NCBI GenBank assembly: GCA_028691435.1
Contig: JAQUZG010000003.1
Location: 2,605 to 66,604, forward strand
Source of the DNA: Candidatus Iainarchaeum sp.
GTDB taxonomy: Archaea > Iainarchaeota > Iainarchaeia > Iainarchaeales > JAAZKV01
Length of the DNA stretch: 64,000 bases
Direction: 5' to 3'
Part shown: positions 49,150 to 58,674 of the stretch, piece by piece
Numbering within the stretch: position 1 is the stretch's first letter
Layout of the letters: every line of letters starts with the position of its first letter
Notes under the pieces: model-generated
Told to the model about the DNA's origin: nothing
Database searches by the model: none
What the model saw: only the letters and a program-made list of their open reading frames with translations
Program-made: the position numbers and the translations under genes

Positions 49150-50148
49150 TTATAACGAATTTTTAGCTTTAATTATTTCTTTTAATTCATTTACATCTTT
49201 ATTTGATTTTAATTTAAAAATTATTAAAATAACTAAAAGAATTAAAACTATCCCCCCAGCAATAAATAATAAATCATAGTTTGGTTTTTCAATAGTTGAA
49301 ATGATTTCAAAATTTTCTATCTCTTTTGCACTTTCAATCAAATCAATTGTAACAAATTCTTGTGTGTTTCTATCAATTAATCCAATAGTAGATTTTTGTA
49401 TTTCCCCTGGCATTTTAATTATTAAATTCATTTCAAAACCCATACTTTTCATCATTTCGGGTGAATTGTAATTTGTTGGTTCATCAAAGATTTGATCATC
49501 ATCAATTACAAAAGAATTATCTGATTGTAAAGTAGCATCAATTTCATCAACATTATTAACATCAGTTATATTTTCTTCAAATTTAGTATTATTAGTCAAA
49601 TCCCCACTAATTGAATTAGAATTAAAGTTTGTTTGTAAATTTAAATCTTTTAAACTTGTTAAAGTGTATTTTATTTGACTAGAAGATTCAGTTATTTCAA
49701 GACCTTTTCCAATTAAATTAATTTTATTTTTTAGTTTAATTTCTAAAATATAATCATCAATTGGTATACATACAATAGCATTTTCATCAAATGTATTTGA
49801 TGGATTTTTTAAAAAAGTTTGGCAAATATTTTCTTTTAAATAATCAGTTTCATTAAATGAATTATCTGTTGAAACACTAGAATCAGTTGTATTAGAATCA
49901 TTTTGATCAAATGCTGAAACATTAGTTAAGTCTAAATTTGAATCAGTATTTACACCCATAATATCCAAAGTATTCATTTTTTCATTCATTTCTTTTAATT
50001 TTGTTAAATTGATAATATATGAAATATTCGCATCTCCTGATTCATCAATAGCCACAGTTGTATCCATCTTAATACAACCAAAAAGTGAAAAAGTAATTAA
50101 ACAAATAATTATAATTAGTAAGATATTTTTTAATTTCATAACTAACAA
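49150..50148 (-). CDS. putative lipoprotein/surface protein with C-terminal TM anchor
   Basis: Signal peptide plus 'LFGCIK' lipobox-like; N/S/T/D-rich; C-terminal TM 'LLFIAGGIVLILLVILIIF'. Confidence 0.45.
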   Translation of the reverse strand: MLVMKLKNILLIIIICLITFSLFGCIKMDTTVAIDESGDANISYIINLTKLKEMNEKMNTLDIMGVNTDSNLDLTNVSAFDQNDSNTTDSSVSTDNSFNETDYLKENICQTFLKNPSNTFDENAIVCIPIDDYILEIKLKNKINLIGKGLEITESSSQIKYTLTSLKDLNLQTNFNSNSISGDLTNNTKFEENITDVNNVDEIDATLQSDNSFVIDDDQIFDEPTNYNSPEMMKSMGFEMNLIIKMPGEIQKSTIGLIDRNTQEFVTIDLIESAKEIENFEIISTIEKPNYDLLFIAGGIVLILLVILIIFKLKSNKDVNELKEIIKAKNSL

Positions 50149-50287
50149 TAAATAAATTTGAAGAATATAAACCCTCCCATTTAAAATTTTGAAAAAAGTT
50201 TAATCAAAACTAGTTACCTGTAATCCAGTAGGATTGTATATTAATAGCTTTTGCCAAGCCCTAAAAAAATTAAAAATTTTTTGGGTT

Positions 50288-50340
50288 TAAAAAAATCAAA
50301 GATTTTTAAAAACTTCATTAAAAAATCAAAGATTTTTTGA
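50288..50340 (-). terminator. two tandem AAAATC-AAA-GATTTT hairpins with T-runs downstream of the RNase P RNA
   Basis: 'aaaaaatcaaagattttt' repeated twice ~30 bp apart. Confidence 0.35.
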
Positions 50341-50424
50341 TGCTATGAAAAACCAATTGGTTTTTTTAGGTTTTTTAAAATTTTCAGAGCCATTCATGGC
50401 TCGTTTTTACTCGATTTTTTTTAA

Positions 50425-50640
50425 AAAATCGGCAGTGAGGAGTAAGCAGCCTTCTGTTTCCCACGTTGCGACGCAAAAGCGCGTCAGTGGATTAGCATTA
50501 GCCTAAGCCTCCAAAGGAGTTGCACCAATCTAGCCGTTTCATCCTCTTGCGAGGTATCGTTTCTGTTCCAGACCCCAACCTCTCGGTTTTAATGGGAATG
50601 TGGTGGGCTGACTTTCCTCAGTTCATAAGAACCGTTAGCT
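50425..50640 (-). ncRNA. rnpB: RNase P RNA (compact, archaeal-type)
   Basis: On the minus strand, 'UGAGGAAAGUCAGCC' (P2/P4 5' strand) pairs with 3' 'ACAGAAGGCUGCUUACUCCUCA' (CR-V 'ACAGAA', P4 3' strand), leaving the universally conserved bulged U. 'GGUGCAAC' and 'GAUGAAACGG' elements are present. This is a GC-rich island in an AT-rich genome. Confidence 0.6.
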
Positions 50641-50705
50641 AATCACTCACTACTATAATAATTGTGTAAAGAAAGTATTATAAAATTTGATTACTTAATT
50701 TATTT

Positions 50706-51287
50706 ATGACTCCATCAAGACAACAAGCAAGTCGAATAAATTCATTAAGACAACAAGCAAGTCGAAATGCAAGACTAAAACAAAGTTCATTTAATACACA
50801 ACAACATATTTTACCTAATTCACCATATAGAAAAACTCTTGCTTTAAAATATGAATCTTTAAAAAAGGAAAGAATGATTGCTGAGTCTACAAATATTGAA
50901 AAAAGAATTGATGACGAATTAATGAATGCAAACAGAATGTTTTTTGATGTTGGAAAAGTTTACAATTATAAGACAATGAAATTAATTGCTCCTGAACTTA
51001 TTTTAGAACAGCTAATTTTAAGAAATAAATTTATTAATCCAATTTATAAAAATGCAATATTTAAAGAATTAGTTGGAATTGTAAGACAATCTTCTAAATT
51101 TCGAAAACAAATAATTAGTTTAGCAAAACAACAAAAGAAATTGCCAAATGATTTGTTAAATCAAATTGCTCAAGATATTAGTATGAAAATTGATCAAACA
51201 ATTTATGCTGAATTAAAAATCGATGTTCCAATGTTTAAAAGTGTTGTGACTGAAACTATTCAAGAACATACTGGTCAAGAAGTTTAA
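50706..51287 (+). CDS. hypothetical protein (N-terminus contains a 2x direct DNA repeat; true start may be internal)
   Basis: 193-aa ORF; 'SRQQASR' duplicated because of a ~25-bp direct repeat at 50721-50775. Confidence 0.35.
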   Translation: MTPSRQQASRINSLRQQASRNARLKQSSFNTQQHILPNSPYRKTLALKYESLKKERMIAESTNIEKRIDDELMNANRMFFDVGKVYNYKTMKLIAPELILEQLILRNKFINPIYKNAIFKELVGIVRQSSKFRKQIISLAKQQKKLPNDLLNQIAQDISMKIDQTIYAELKIDVPMFKSVVTETIQEHTGQEV

Positions 51288-51288
51288 A

Positions 51289-54200
51289 TTAACTACATTT
51301 TCTAGTTGAATTAGTGTTTGCAGTTGTGATTAATTTATTAGTATAGTCTTTATTCCACCATATTTTTTGGTCATCTGAAGAAGTTTGACTTATACACATT
51401 TCATTTTCTTTTATTGAATTAAAAATTCCTTCAAGTGTGTAATATGAAGTGATATTTTTTGCGTCATAATAATTTAGTAAAATTGAAGCATTATTTTGAA
51501 CTTCACTAAAACTTGTTAATACTGAATTAATTGGTGAAATTTTTAGTATATTTGATGATTGTAAAGGAGTAAAGAATACTTTTGATAAACTTATTTGTCC
51601 AAGACTTGCATTTGACCAATTAAAATAAAATCCATTTCCATCAGAAACAGTGTTGAATTTTAATTCATCATTTCCTTTGAAATCTTTACATTCAGTAGAA
51701 GTTCCAAGATTTGAATTTGTTAATTTCCAGTTTGTTCTACCAATCGTATCTTTATTTTCACCAGTTATACTAAATCCAGCATGTATATTTGTATTAGCTG
51801 TTTCATTTTTTATAGTTAATATTGCTGGAGTTGGTTGAGAAAATGAAAGAATTAATGTAGCTAAATCATCAGTTAATTGATATGATAAAACTGTGCCAGA
51901 ATTTAAATAATCTAAATTATTATTCTCAACAATATTTAATTTAATTAATGCATCTGATGAAGAAGATGTTATTGTACCGGTTGCATTCAGTTTAAATTCA
52001 CCATTCATTACCCCAACACCATAACCATTTCTTGTTGTTTTTCCTACTTCTCCATCAAATGGTAAATTATAAAATGGATTATTGTTTGAAGAATCCAAAA
52101 TTGGAGTAAGAATAATTCTTATTGTATTATCTGGAATGTTATTAGTAAACATAGAATTTTTGTTTCCAATTTCTCCCAAATCTATTTCAACTCTATATAT
52201 TCCACTATATGGCAGATTAGTTAATGTAGTTAAATCAAGTGTTGTTGGATTTCTTAATATGTATGAAATCTTATTTTCAGTTATATAATTTGAAAATTTG
52301 TCTTTAAATTCAGTTGATCCATCAAATAATTTATTCGCATAATAATTTTTAAAATCATTTAGCAGATTCAAATTATAATTATCTTTAATTAAATAAGAAT
52401 AAAATGCTGTTTTATCTGCAACTCTTCCAAGTGAACCTGTTGAATTAACTAAATCTTCAATTGTACTTAATTTTTTAAATAATGAAATGTTAAACTGAAC
52501 ACCATCACAATAAGTGTATGATGAATTTGTTGAATCACATTGATCATCATCAATTTCATCATAATTCCAATTAAATATTACTCTTGGAACATTTGATGCA
52601 CCCGTATTCCCAAGCACTCCATCATTAGAGACACAAGATGAAGGATCCCCTTTAACTTTAATTCTATACTTTATAGTTGATTTAGCAGTTGAACTAGTCC
52701 AGTCACTTATTGTTAAATTTACATATTCATCTCCAATTAATCCATTGTTAATTACATTAAAGTCAATAACATTGCTACTTACTTCAGGAATTCCAACATA
52801 TTCTGCAAATACTTGTCCACCTTTTAAAAACATTCTTACAGACGGATTTCCGTTAGTCCATCCAGGTATTGTATTATGGTCAATATAGTACATGATTAAT
52901 CCATTACTACTGTATTCTACAAGCGGATCTGATGCTGGTCTATAAACATAAAATGGATCAACTGCTCCTTCTGCAGCCCCTTGTAACGCCCAATTTATTC
53001 CCCAAGTGGATTCTGCAAGATTTAGTTCACATTCACTATCTCTATTTGGTGTAATTACACAACCTTCTTTTCCATAAACAATTGCAGGGTCAATAAAACC
53101 AGTTGGCAATATTGCAGCAGGAGTAAATGTAATATTTTCTCCAACAGCTGTTGTTTCTCCAATTGCTTGCCCATTCCAACTATCTACTCCGACTAATTGT
53201 GGTGATGGTGTTGCATTTGAAACACTCCCTAATTGATAAACTTTATTTTCAGTTGTTTTTAAATGAACTGGAATTACTTGAACTTTTCTTATTTCATACA
53301 TTCCAGCAGTTCTTCTTACATATTCTTTCTGAAAATCAAAAAATGTTGTTTCTTCAATTGGATATAGCCATCCATCAGTATACCCTTTGACTTTATAAAT
53401 TTGATATCCAAATCCTTCCCCAAAATATTGTGAAGATGTTAATTCACATTCCCCTTCACCACATCCACTACAACTTGGTATTGCCCACCATGTTTTTCCA
53501 CCATCACTTCCAACATATAATAATTGATTTCCAGCATACCATCGTGAATCATTATTCCAAATTTTTGAAATATGATCTAGTGATAAATCGGATGAATTTA
53601 CATTTCCTCCACAATCATTATCTGTGCATTGTCCAAGTGGATTAAAATGCCCTGTAACGTTAGCAGACTCAGGAACAAAATCAGCATTTGAAGTACCAGT
53701 TTTATTACATCCAAATTGACTTATGTAAAAATCATCAGGATTATCAACAAAAAATCCATCTCCTCCAGTTTCTCCACACATTGCATCAGATGACTCTGGA
53801 CCACTTAACGTTCCAGCACCCCCCATAGGAAATTCTCCATACATTCCATCAACAATATCTGATATTGGCCATTCAGTTCCAGCGTCTGATGAAAGTGTAT
53901 TATTAGCCCCAGCTTCTTGTCCAGTCATTGGATCTGAACTAATTGTATCCCCCAGTTCAAAAAGTGAATTTAATGAATTTAATTCTTCAGTTGTTGGCAT
54001 TCGTCCAAGTGGTTTAGAAGGACTAGTAAAATTTGTATCTGGTTTTGATTTTACTATTGAAGAACCGGGTTGATAAGAATTATACAAATCAACCGCAAAA
54101 TTATAAGCATCTGTTAAGAAATATGGTTCGTCAGGGTATAATTGAGTAACTTCTGGAGATGATCCACCAACATTATACACCTCATGTGCTACTGCATCCC

Positions 54201-57200
54201 CAACAACTACTGCAACAGGTGCTACTCCAAACCCTACTGCTGAAACTACTGTTACCACCGTACTTACAATCCCTGTATTGGATGATGTTCCAATTGAACT
54301 AATAAATGACGATTCTTCCCCCCCAGTTTGTGAAAATTCATATTTAGATGCAGTGTGTCCACCTTGAACAATTCCTTCAAGAGCAGAACCAACAATATTT
54401 ATATTAAAATCAATATATTCAGGATTTCCAGGTTTATGATATTGAATAGAAATTGAATTAGATGCATTATCAAGTTTTGGATAAAAATTATCTTTTCTTC
54501 CAGTGAAACATGTATTTTCAACTTGTGAAGAAACTTTATCTTTGTTTGTTAAATCAAAAATTGATTCATTAAAATCAAAACAAGATGAAGCTGGATTTAT
54601 TATAACATCAATTAATGCAAGTTGATTTGATGATGATCCAGACTTTTGAAAAATTTTTATTGGATAAACTCCATAGATATTATTTAATGTTTTTGCTGTA
54701 ACAGTAATTGTTTCTGACCCAGTTTTTTTAGTAATTGATTTTGATGAAAGTTCAAGTTCAGTATCAATTTGAACAAGTGTATCTGATGTACAATTAAAAT
54801 CAATTACAAATGTAAATGTATTATTTTCAAGAAGTTTTTTATTTTTTTCAAGTCCATTAATTTCAATATTATCTAATTTAACTTTTACACAACTAGTAAT
54901 TATTTCTTCATTTAAAATAAAAGAATTTTCAACAAAAGTTAATTCTTTTACGGATGTAGAATACATTTGATTAATATCAGTGGCAACAACTCTGATCACA
55001 TCATCTTTTGAATAATTTAATGCATTAAATTGTATTAAAGAATATCCATTAGTATCCGTTGTCCCAGTTAGTCCAGTTTCTTGCCAATCCCCATTTACTT
55101 TTTTTTGGATAGCATAGTTTACACTAATTGGTCTTGATGAAACTTTTGTTTGAATAACAACTAATGGATTATTTACTTTTGCAGTTAAAGTTACTGGTGA
55201 AACAGAAAGTGTAATTTGTGATTTTTCTTGTAATTTTAGTTTAAGATCATTTGTTGATCCATCAATTCCATTTAAAGAATTTAATCCATTTTCTATCTTT
55301 GTTAATTTTTGTGAAAGAGTAAATTGACCAGTTTTTTTGTTAAGCACATCTAAACTTACAGTTTGAATAGATGAAGAAGAAAACGGAGGTAAATTAATTG
55401 TTTTTTCAATCGTATTTAAATCCCCAGAAAATCTTATCCCATTAGTTACTGATGGTATAGAATAAGTTAAATTAACATTCCCATAATCTTTGTCACTATT
55501 ATTATAAACAACAGTTTCAATTGAATAAACATTATCTAAATAAATATTTTCAAGACTTGATGAAATTAATTTTCTAGTAGTCCCACTAACTAAATAATTT
55601 TCAATAAAAAATGGAGGTTGATTTCCAATATTGTGATTTTTTCCAATATTAAAATCAAAATTATAATCAAAACTTGTAACATTAATTGCTCTTGAGTTAT
55701 AAGATAATCTTAATTTTCCAGTTGCATTTTCATCAACACCAATGTGAATAATTATTGGTAAACTTTTAGGTGCATTTTGATTATAAAATAAAACATTTGC
55801 TTGTTTTGATTTTTCTAAATCAAGTGATTCAGAAATTAATTGAGTAGTAAAATTATCTGTGAATTTAATTAATGCATTTTCAATAGAAAAAACATTTTTA
55901 ATCCAAAAACTATTTATGTCACTAACTACAAAATTTGATAAAACATTTAAATCTAAATTTGTTGAATTTAATACTGTGTCAAATAATAAATAATATTCTT
56001 TATTTGCATCAATTTTTTGAGATGAAATTAATCTTCCAGATTCAATTGGATTTGTAGAATATACTCCTCGCAAAAACATTTGAATTTCATTATTATTTGG
56101 TATTGATGATTTATTTCTTACAAAAATTGTGTATGTTTGAGTAGTTCGATTAACTATATATTCATTTGACTGCATTGGAAAAATTAAATCACTATTTAAA
56201 TCTAATTTTACTTTTGTTCCAACTTTCAAATAGTTTGTAGTGTATGAGGAATTAGTAGTATTATAAATTAAATTATTGTCTGCATAAACATTAAAATTTA
56301 GTGAAACTGATTTATTTGATTCATCAATAAAATTAAAAGTTATTTTTCCTGTGCCTGTAACAAGTGTAATTTCTAATTCTTTTGCTTCATTATTTGTTAA
56401 AGTAATAAATCCTTCATATGTATCTTTTCTAGCTGAATCAATCACTTGAATAAATAAATTTTTATCATTAATTAAATTTTTTATTAATGATACTCCATTT
56501 GAATCAGTATTAATTAATGCCCCATTTGCAATTGATTTATAATTTAAATCAACCAATTTAATTGAAACTGATGCATTTTTTAATAAATTATTTATATCAT
56601 CTTTAACAGTTAATTTAAGTGATGGGCCAGGGCTTGACAAAATTACTTTTTGATAATTATTTACTGTTTGTAATTCAACAGTAACAATTTTTGTCTCATA
56701 ATTTGTTGCTTTTACTAAAGCAAGATAATTAGATGAATAATAATTTTGATCAATTATCATTGAAATTGTTTGACCTTTTGAATTTGACGCAAAATTATCA
56801 GGTAATAAAATTCCATCTTGATAAATTTCAATATTTGCTCCAGATATAAGATTACTTGAATTATCCAATATCTCAAATGCAATATATTTTGATGAGCTAG
56901 TTGCAACAATTTCACTCACATCACCAATAAAATCAATTGTAACAGTTTTTGCTTCATTAGTTTTTAAACTAAATTCACCATTCATAATTTTTCCATTTTT
57001 CTTTGCAGTATAAGTATAATCCCCATTTTCAAGTTCAACAATTAAGTTCCCATAACTTCCAGTTAATTGATTATTAACAACTTTAACACCTAAAGAATTT
57101 GTAACAACTAAAGAAACATTTGATAAAGCAACCCCATCATTTTTTGTAACAAATGTAACTGATCCATTTCGTGAAACAGCATCTAAAACAATTGAATCTC

Positions 57201-57903
57201 TTTCAATATAAGATTTAATTACTTTACTTTTTGTAGTGAAACCAACTGCACTTGCAGTAAGTGACAAATTAACACACCCTTGTTCAAGTGTAAATTCAAA
57301 TCCATTTTTTGTTTGCGAATTCAATTCATTAATTTTACCATCACAATTAATTTTTAATGAAGCTCCCGGAATATAATCAAAAGCAGAATCATAAATTGTA
57401 AAATAAAATTTTTTATTAACAAAATTTAAATTTGGGGAGTTTTCATCAACAGCTAAACTATCATTAGACATAGGAGATAAAATAAGTGTAACAACGCCAG
57501 TACTTGCATCAATAGTTTTTGAAATAGAATTAAAGTTTGATTTAGACACTGTAATTTGTAATAAAGATTCATTTGAAGCAAACATTGCTTTTCCACTAGC
57601 ATCAGTAACTAATTCATCTTCACCGATAGCCAAAGGTAATTTAATTTTTGCCCCTTCAATAGGAAAACCATCTTTTCCAAGAACAACAACTTCAAATAAA
57701 TAATTGTTATTCAAATTAGATTGAGTTAAAACAAAAATTATACCAATAAAAATAAACAAAAAAATCAGACTAAATAATATAAAAGATGGAACAATATTAT
57801 CAATCGGATCAATTAACTTATAAATTGGAAGAACATTATCAATCTTATCAAGCAAATCATACCATTTGTCTTCTAAAGAAGAATAAATACCCATATCCAC
57901 CAC
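51289..57903 (-). CDS. giant cell-surface protein (2204 aa): N-terminal TM anchor, multiple beta-sandwich/carboxypeptidase-regulatory-like repeats, G/S/T-rich linker and Cys-rich module
   Basis: N-terminal TM 'FILFSLIFLFIFIGIIFVL'; repeated 'V.V...G.P..GA.I' β-domains; low-complexity 'GGEESSFISSIGTSSNTGIVSTVVTVVSAVGFGVAPVAVVVG'; Cys cluster 'CSGCGEGECELTS'. Confidence 0.7.
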   Translation of the reverse strand: MVDMGIYSSLEDKWYDLLDKIDNVLPIYKLIDPIDNIVPSFILFSLIFLFIFIGIIFVLTQSNLNNNYLFEVVVLGKDGFPIEGAKIKLPLAIGEDELVTDASGKAMFASNESLLQITVSKSNFNSISKTIDASTGVVTLILSPMSNDSLAVDENSPNLNFVNKKFYFTIYDSAFDYIPGASLKINCDGKINELNSQTKNGFEFTLEQGCVNLSLTASAVGFTTKSKVIKSYIERDSIVLDAVSRNGSVTFVTKNDGVALSNVSLVVTNSLGVKVVNNQLTGSYGNLIVELENGDYTYTAKKNGKIMNGEFSLKTNEAKTVTIDFIGDVSEIVATSSSKYIAFEILDNSSNLISGANIEIYQDGILLPDNFASNSKGQTISMIIDQNYYSSNYLALVKATNYETKIVTVELQTVNNYQKVILSSPGPSLKLTVKDDINNLLKNASVSIKLVDLNYKSIANGALINTDSNGVSLIKNLINDKNLFIQVIDSARKDTYEGFITLTNNEAKELEITLVTGTGKITFNFIDESNKSVSLNFNVYADNNLIYNTTNSSYTTNYLKVGTKVKLDLNSDLIFPMQSNEYIVNRTTQTYTIFVRNKSSIPNNNEIQMFLRGVYSTNPIESGRLISSQKIDANKEYYLLFDTVLNSTNLDLNVLSNFVVSDINSFWIKNVFSIENALIKFTDNFTTQLISESLDLEKSKQANVLFYNQNAPKSLPIIIHIGVDENATGKLRLSYNSRAINVTSFDYNFDFNIGKNHNIGNQPPFFIENYLVSGTTRKLISSSLENIYLDNVYSIETVVYNNSDKDYGNVNLTYSIPSVTNGIRFSGDLNTIEKTINLPPFSSSSIQTVSLDVLNKKTGQFTLSQKLTKIENGLNSLNGIDGSTNDLKLKLQEKSQITLSVSPVTLTAKVNNPLVVIQTKVSSRPISVNYAIQKKVNGDWQETGLTGTTDTNGYSLIQFNALNYSKDDVIRVVATDINQMYSTSVKELTFVENSFILNEEIITSCVKVKLDNIEINGLEKNKKLLENNTFTFVIDFNCTSDTLVQIDTELELSSKSITKKTGSETITVTAKTLNNIYGVYPIKIFQKSGSSSNQLALIDVIINPASSCFDFNESIFDLTNKDKVSSQVENTCFTGRKDNFYPKLDNASNSISIQYHKPGNPEYIDFNINIVGSALEGIVQGGHTASKYEFSQTGGEESSFISSIGTSSNTGIVSTVVTVVSAVGFGVAPVAVVVGDAVAHEVYNVGGSSPEVTQLYPDEPYFLTDAYNFAVDLYNSYQPGSSIVKSKPDTNFTSPSKPLGRMPTTEELNSLNSLFELGDTISSDPMTGQEAGANNTLSSDAGTEWPISDIVDGMYGEFPMGGAGTLSGPESSDAMCGETGGDGFFVDNPDDFYISQFGCNKTGTSNADFVPESANVTGHFNPLGQCTDNDCGGNVNSSDLSLDHISKIWNNDSRWYAGNQLLYVGSDGGKTWWAIPSCSGCGEGECELTSSQYFGEGFGYQIYKVKGYTDGWLYPIEETTFFDFQKEYVRRTAGMYEIRKVQVIPVHLKTTENKVYQLGSVSNATPSPQLVGVDSWNGQAIGETTAVGENITFTPAAILPTGFIDPAIVYGKEGCVITPNRDSECELNLAESTWGINWALQGAAEGAVDPFYVYRPASDPLVEYSSNGLIMYYIDHNTIPGWTNGNPSVRMFLKGGQVFAEYVGIPEVSSNVIDFNVINNGLIGDEYVNLTISDWTSSTAKSTIKYRIKVKGDPSSCVSNDGVLGNTGASNVPRVIFNWNYDEIDDDQCDSTNSSYTYCDGVQFNISLFKKLSTIEDLVNSTGSLGRVADKTAFYSYLIKDNYNLNLLNDFKNYYANKLFDGSTEFKDKFSNYITENKISYILRNPTTLDLTTLTNLPYSGIYRVEIDLGEIGNKNSMFTNNIPDNTIRIILTPILDSSNNNPFYNLPFDGEVGKTTRNGYGVGVMNGEFKLNATGTITSSSSDALIKLNIVENNNLDYLNSGTVLSYQLTDDLATLILSFSQPTPAILTIKNETANTNIHAGFSITGENKDTIGRTNWKLTNSNLGTSTECKDFKGNDELKFNTVSDGNGFYFNWSNASLGQISLSKVFFTPLQSSNILKISPINSVLTSFSEVQNNASILLNYYDAKNITSYYTLEGIFNSIKENEMCISQTSSDDQKIWWNKDYTNKLITTANTNSTRKCS

Positions 57904-58111
57904 TAATTAACACAATTAAATATTATTTAACTTTTAATAAAGATAAGTTATAAAGCTTTTTAAACATAGTGTAAAAAATAATTGCTCCATAAATAATACC
58001 ACTCAATTATTTATTTACACTAATAAAAATAAAACATTTAATAAAATATTTGAATAAGCATTTAAAAAAAAAAAAAAAAAAAATAAATTAAAAAAAGTTA
58101 TTTGTATTAAA

Positions 58112-58137
58112 TTAACTGCTTATTTTAAAGCAGTTAA
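58112..58137 (-). terminator. hairpin TTAACTGCT-TATTTTAA-AGCAGTTAA just 3' of the small membrane-protein gene
   Basis: Inverted repeat followed by a T-run on the transcribed strand. Confidence 0.4.
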
Positions 58138-58150
58138 TTCAATTTATGAT

Positions 58151-58426
58151 TTACAATTCTGGAATAATTGGTGGTCTTTCATCAGTTACGTAGAACATAT
58201 AAGCCATTAATTTTGTTGCTTGAGCAATTACTTTTGCAGTAAATTCAGGAGCAATTCTTTTTGCTAAAATTAAGCAAGAGAAGAAATTAATTAATATTAC
58301 TATATAAGTAACTATTAAAAATAAATACAGCACAATTCCAACAATCATACCATAAATCATTCTTATAATTACCTCAAGTCGACTTACATCTTTTCCAGGT
58401 GTAATGTTTACATTTACATCAGCCAT
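58151..58426 (-). CDS. small membrane protein (2 TM)
   Basis: 91 aa, hydrophobic core 'MIYGMIVGIVLYLFLIVTYIVILINFFSCLILA'. Confidence 0.4.
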   Translation of the reverse strand: MADVNVNITPGKDVSRLEVIIRMIYGMIVGIVLYLFLIVTYIVILINFFSCLILAKRIAPEFTAKVIAQATKLMAYMFYVTDERPPIIPEL

Positions 58427-58674
58427 AATAACCCTCCTTTAGGTTATTATTACAATAATTTTACTTGTTTAAAAATGTTATGTTCAAGCCAATTTAAACA
58501 GTAAAAATAACTTTGAGATAATACTAAATTAATTTTTAAAATTTAACTAGTGTTAACACAAGAGTAAATCCTAAATAAAAATTAAAATAAAAAAAGATTA
58601 TTATTGCATCTTTGTGATTTTAGGAGTAGTAGCAAATGCTATAGCGAACACCGAATTTCTTTAGCGTGTTTTAT

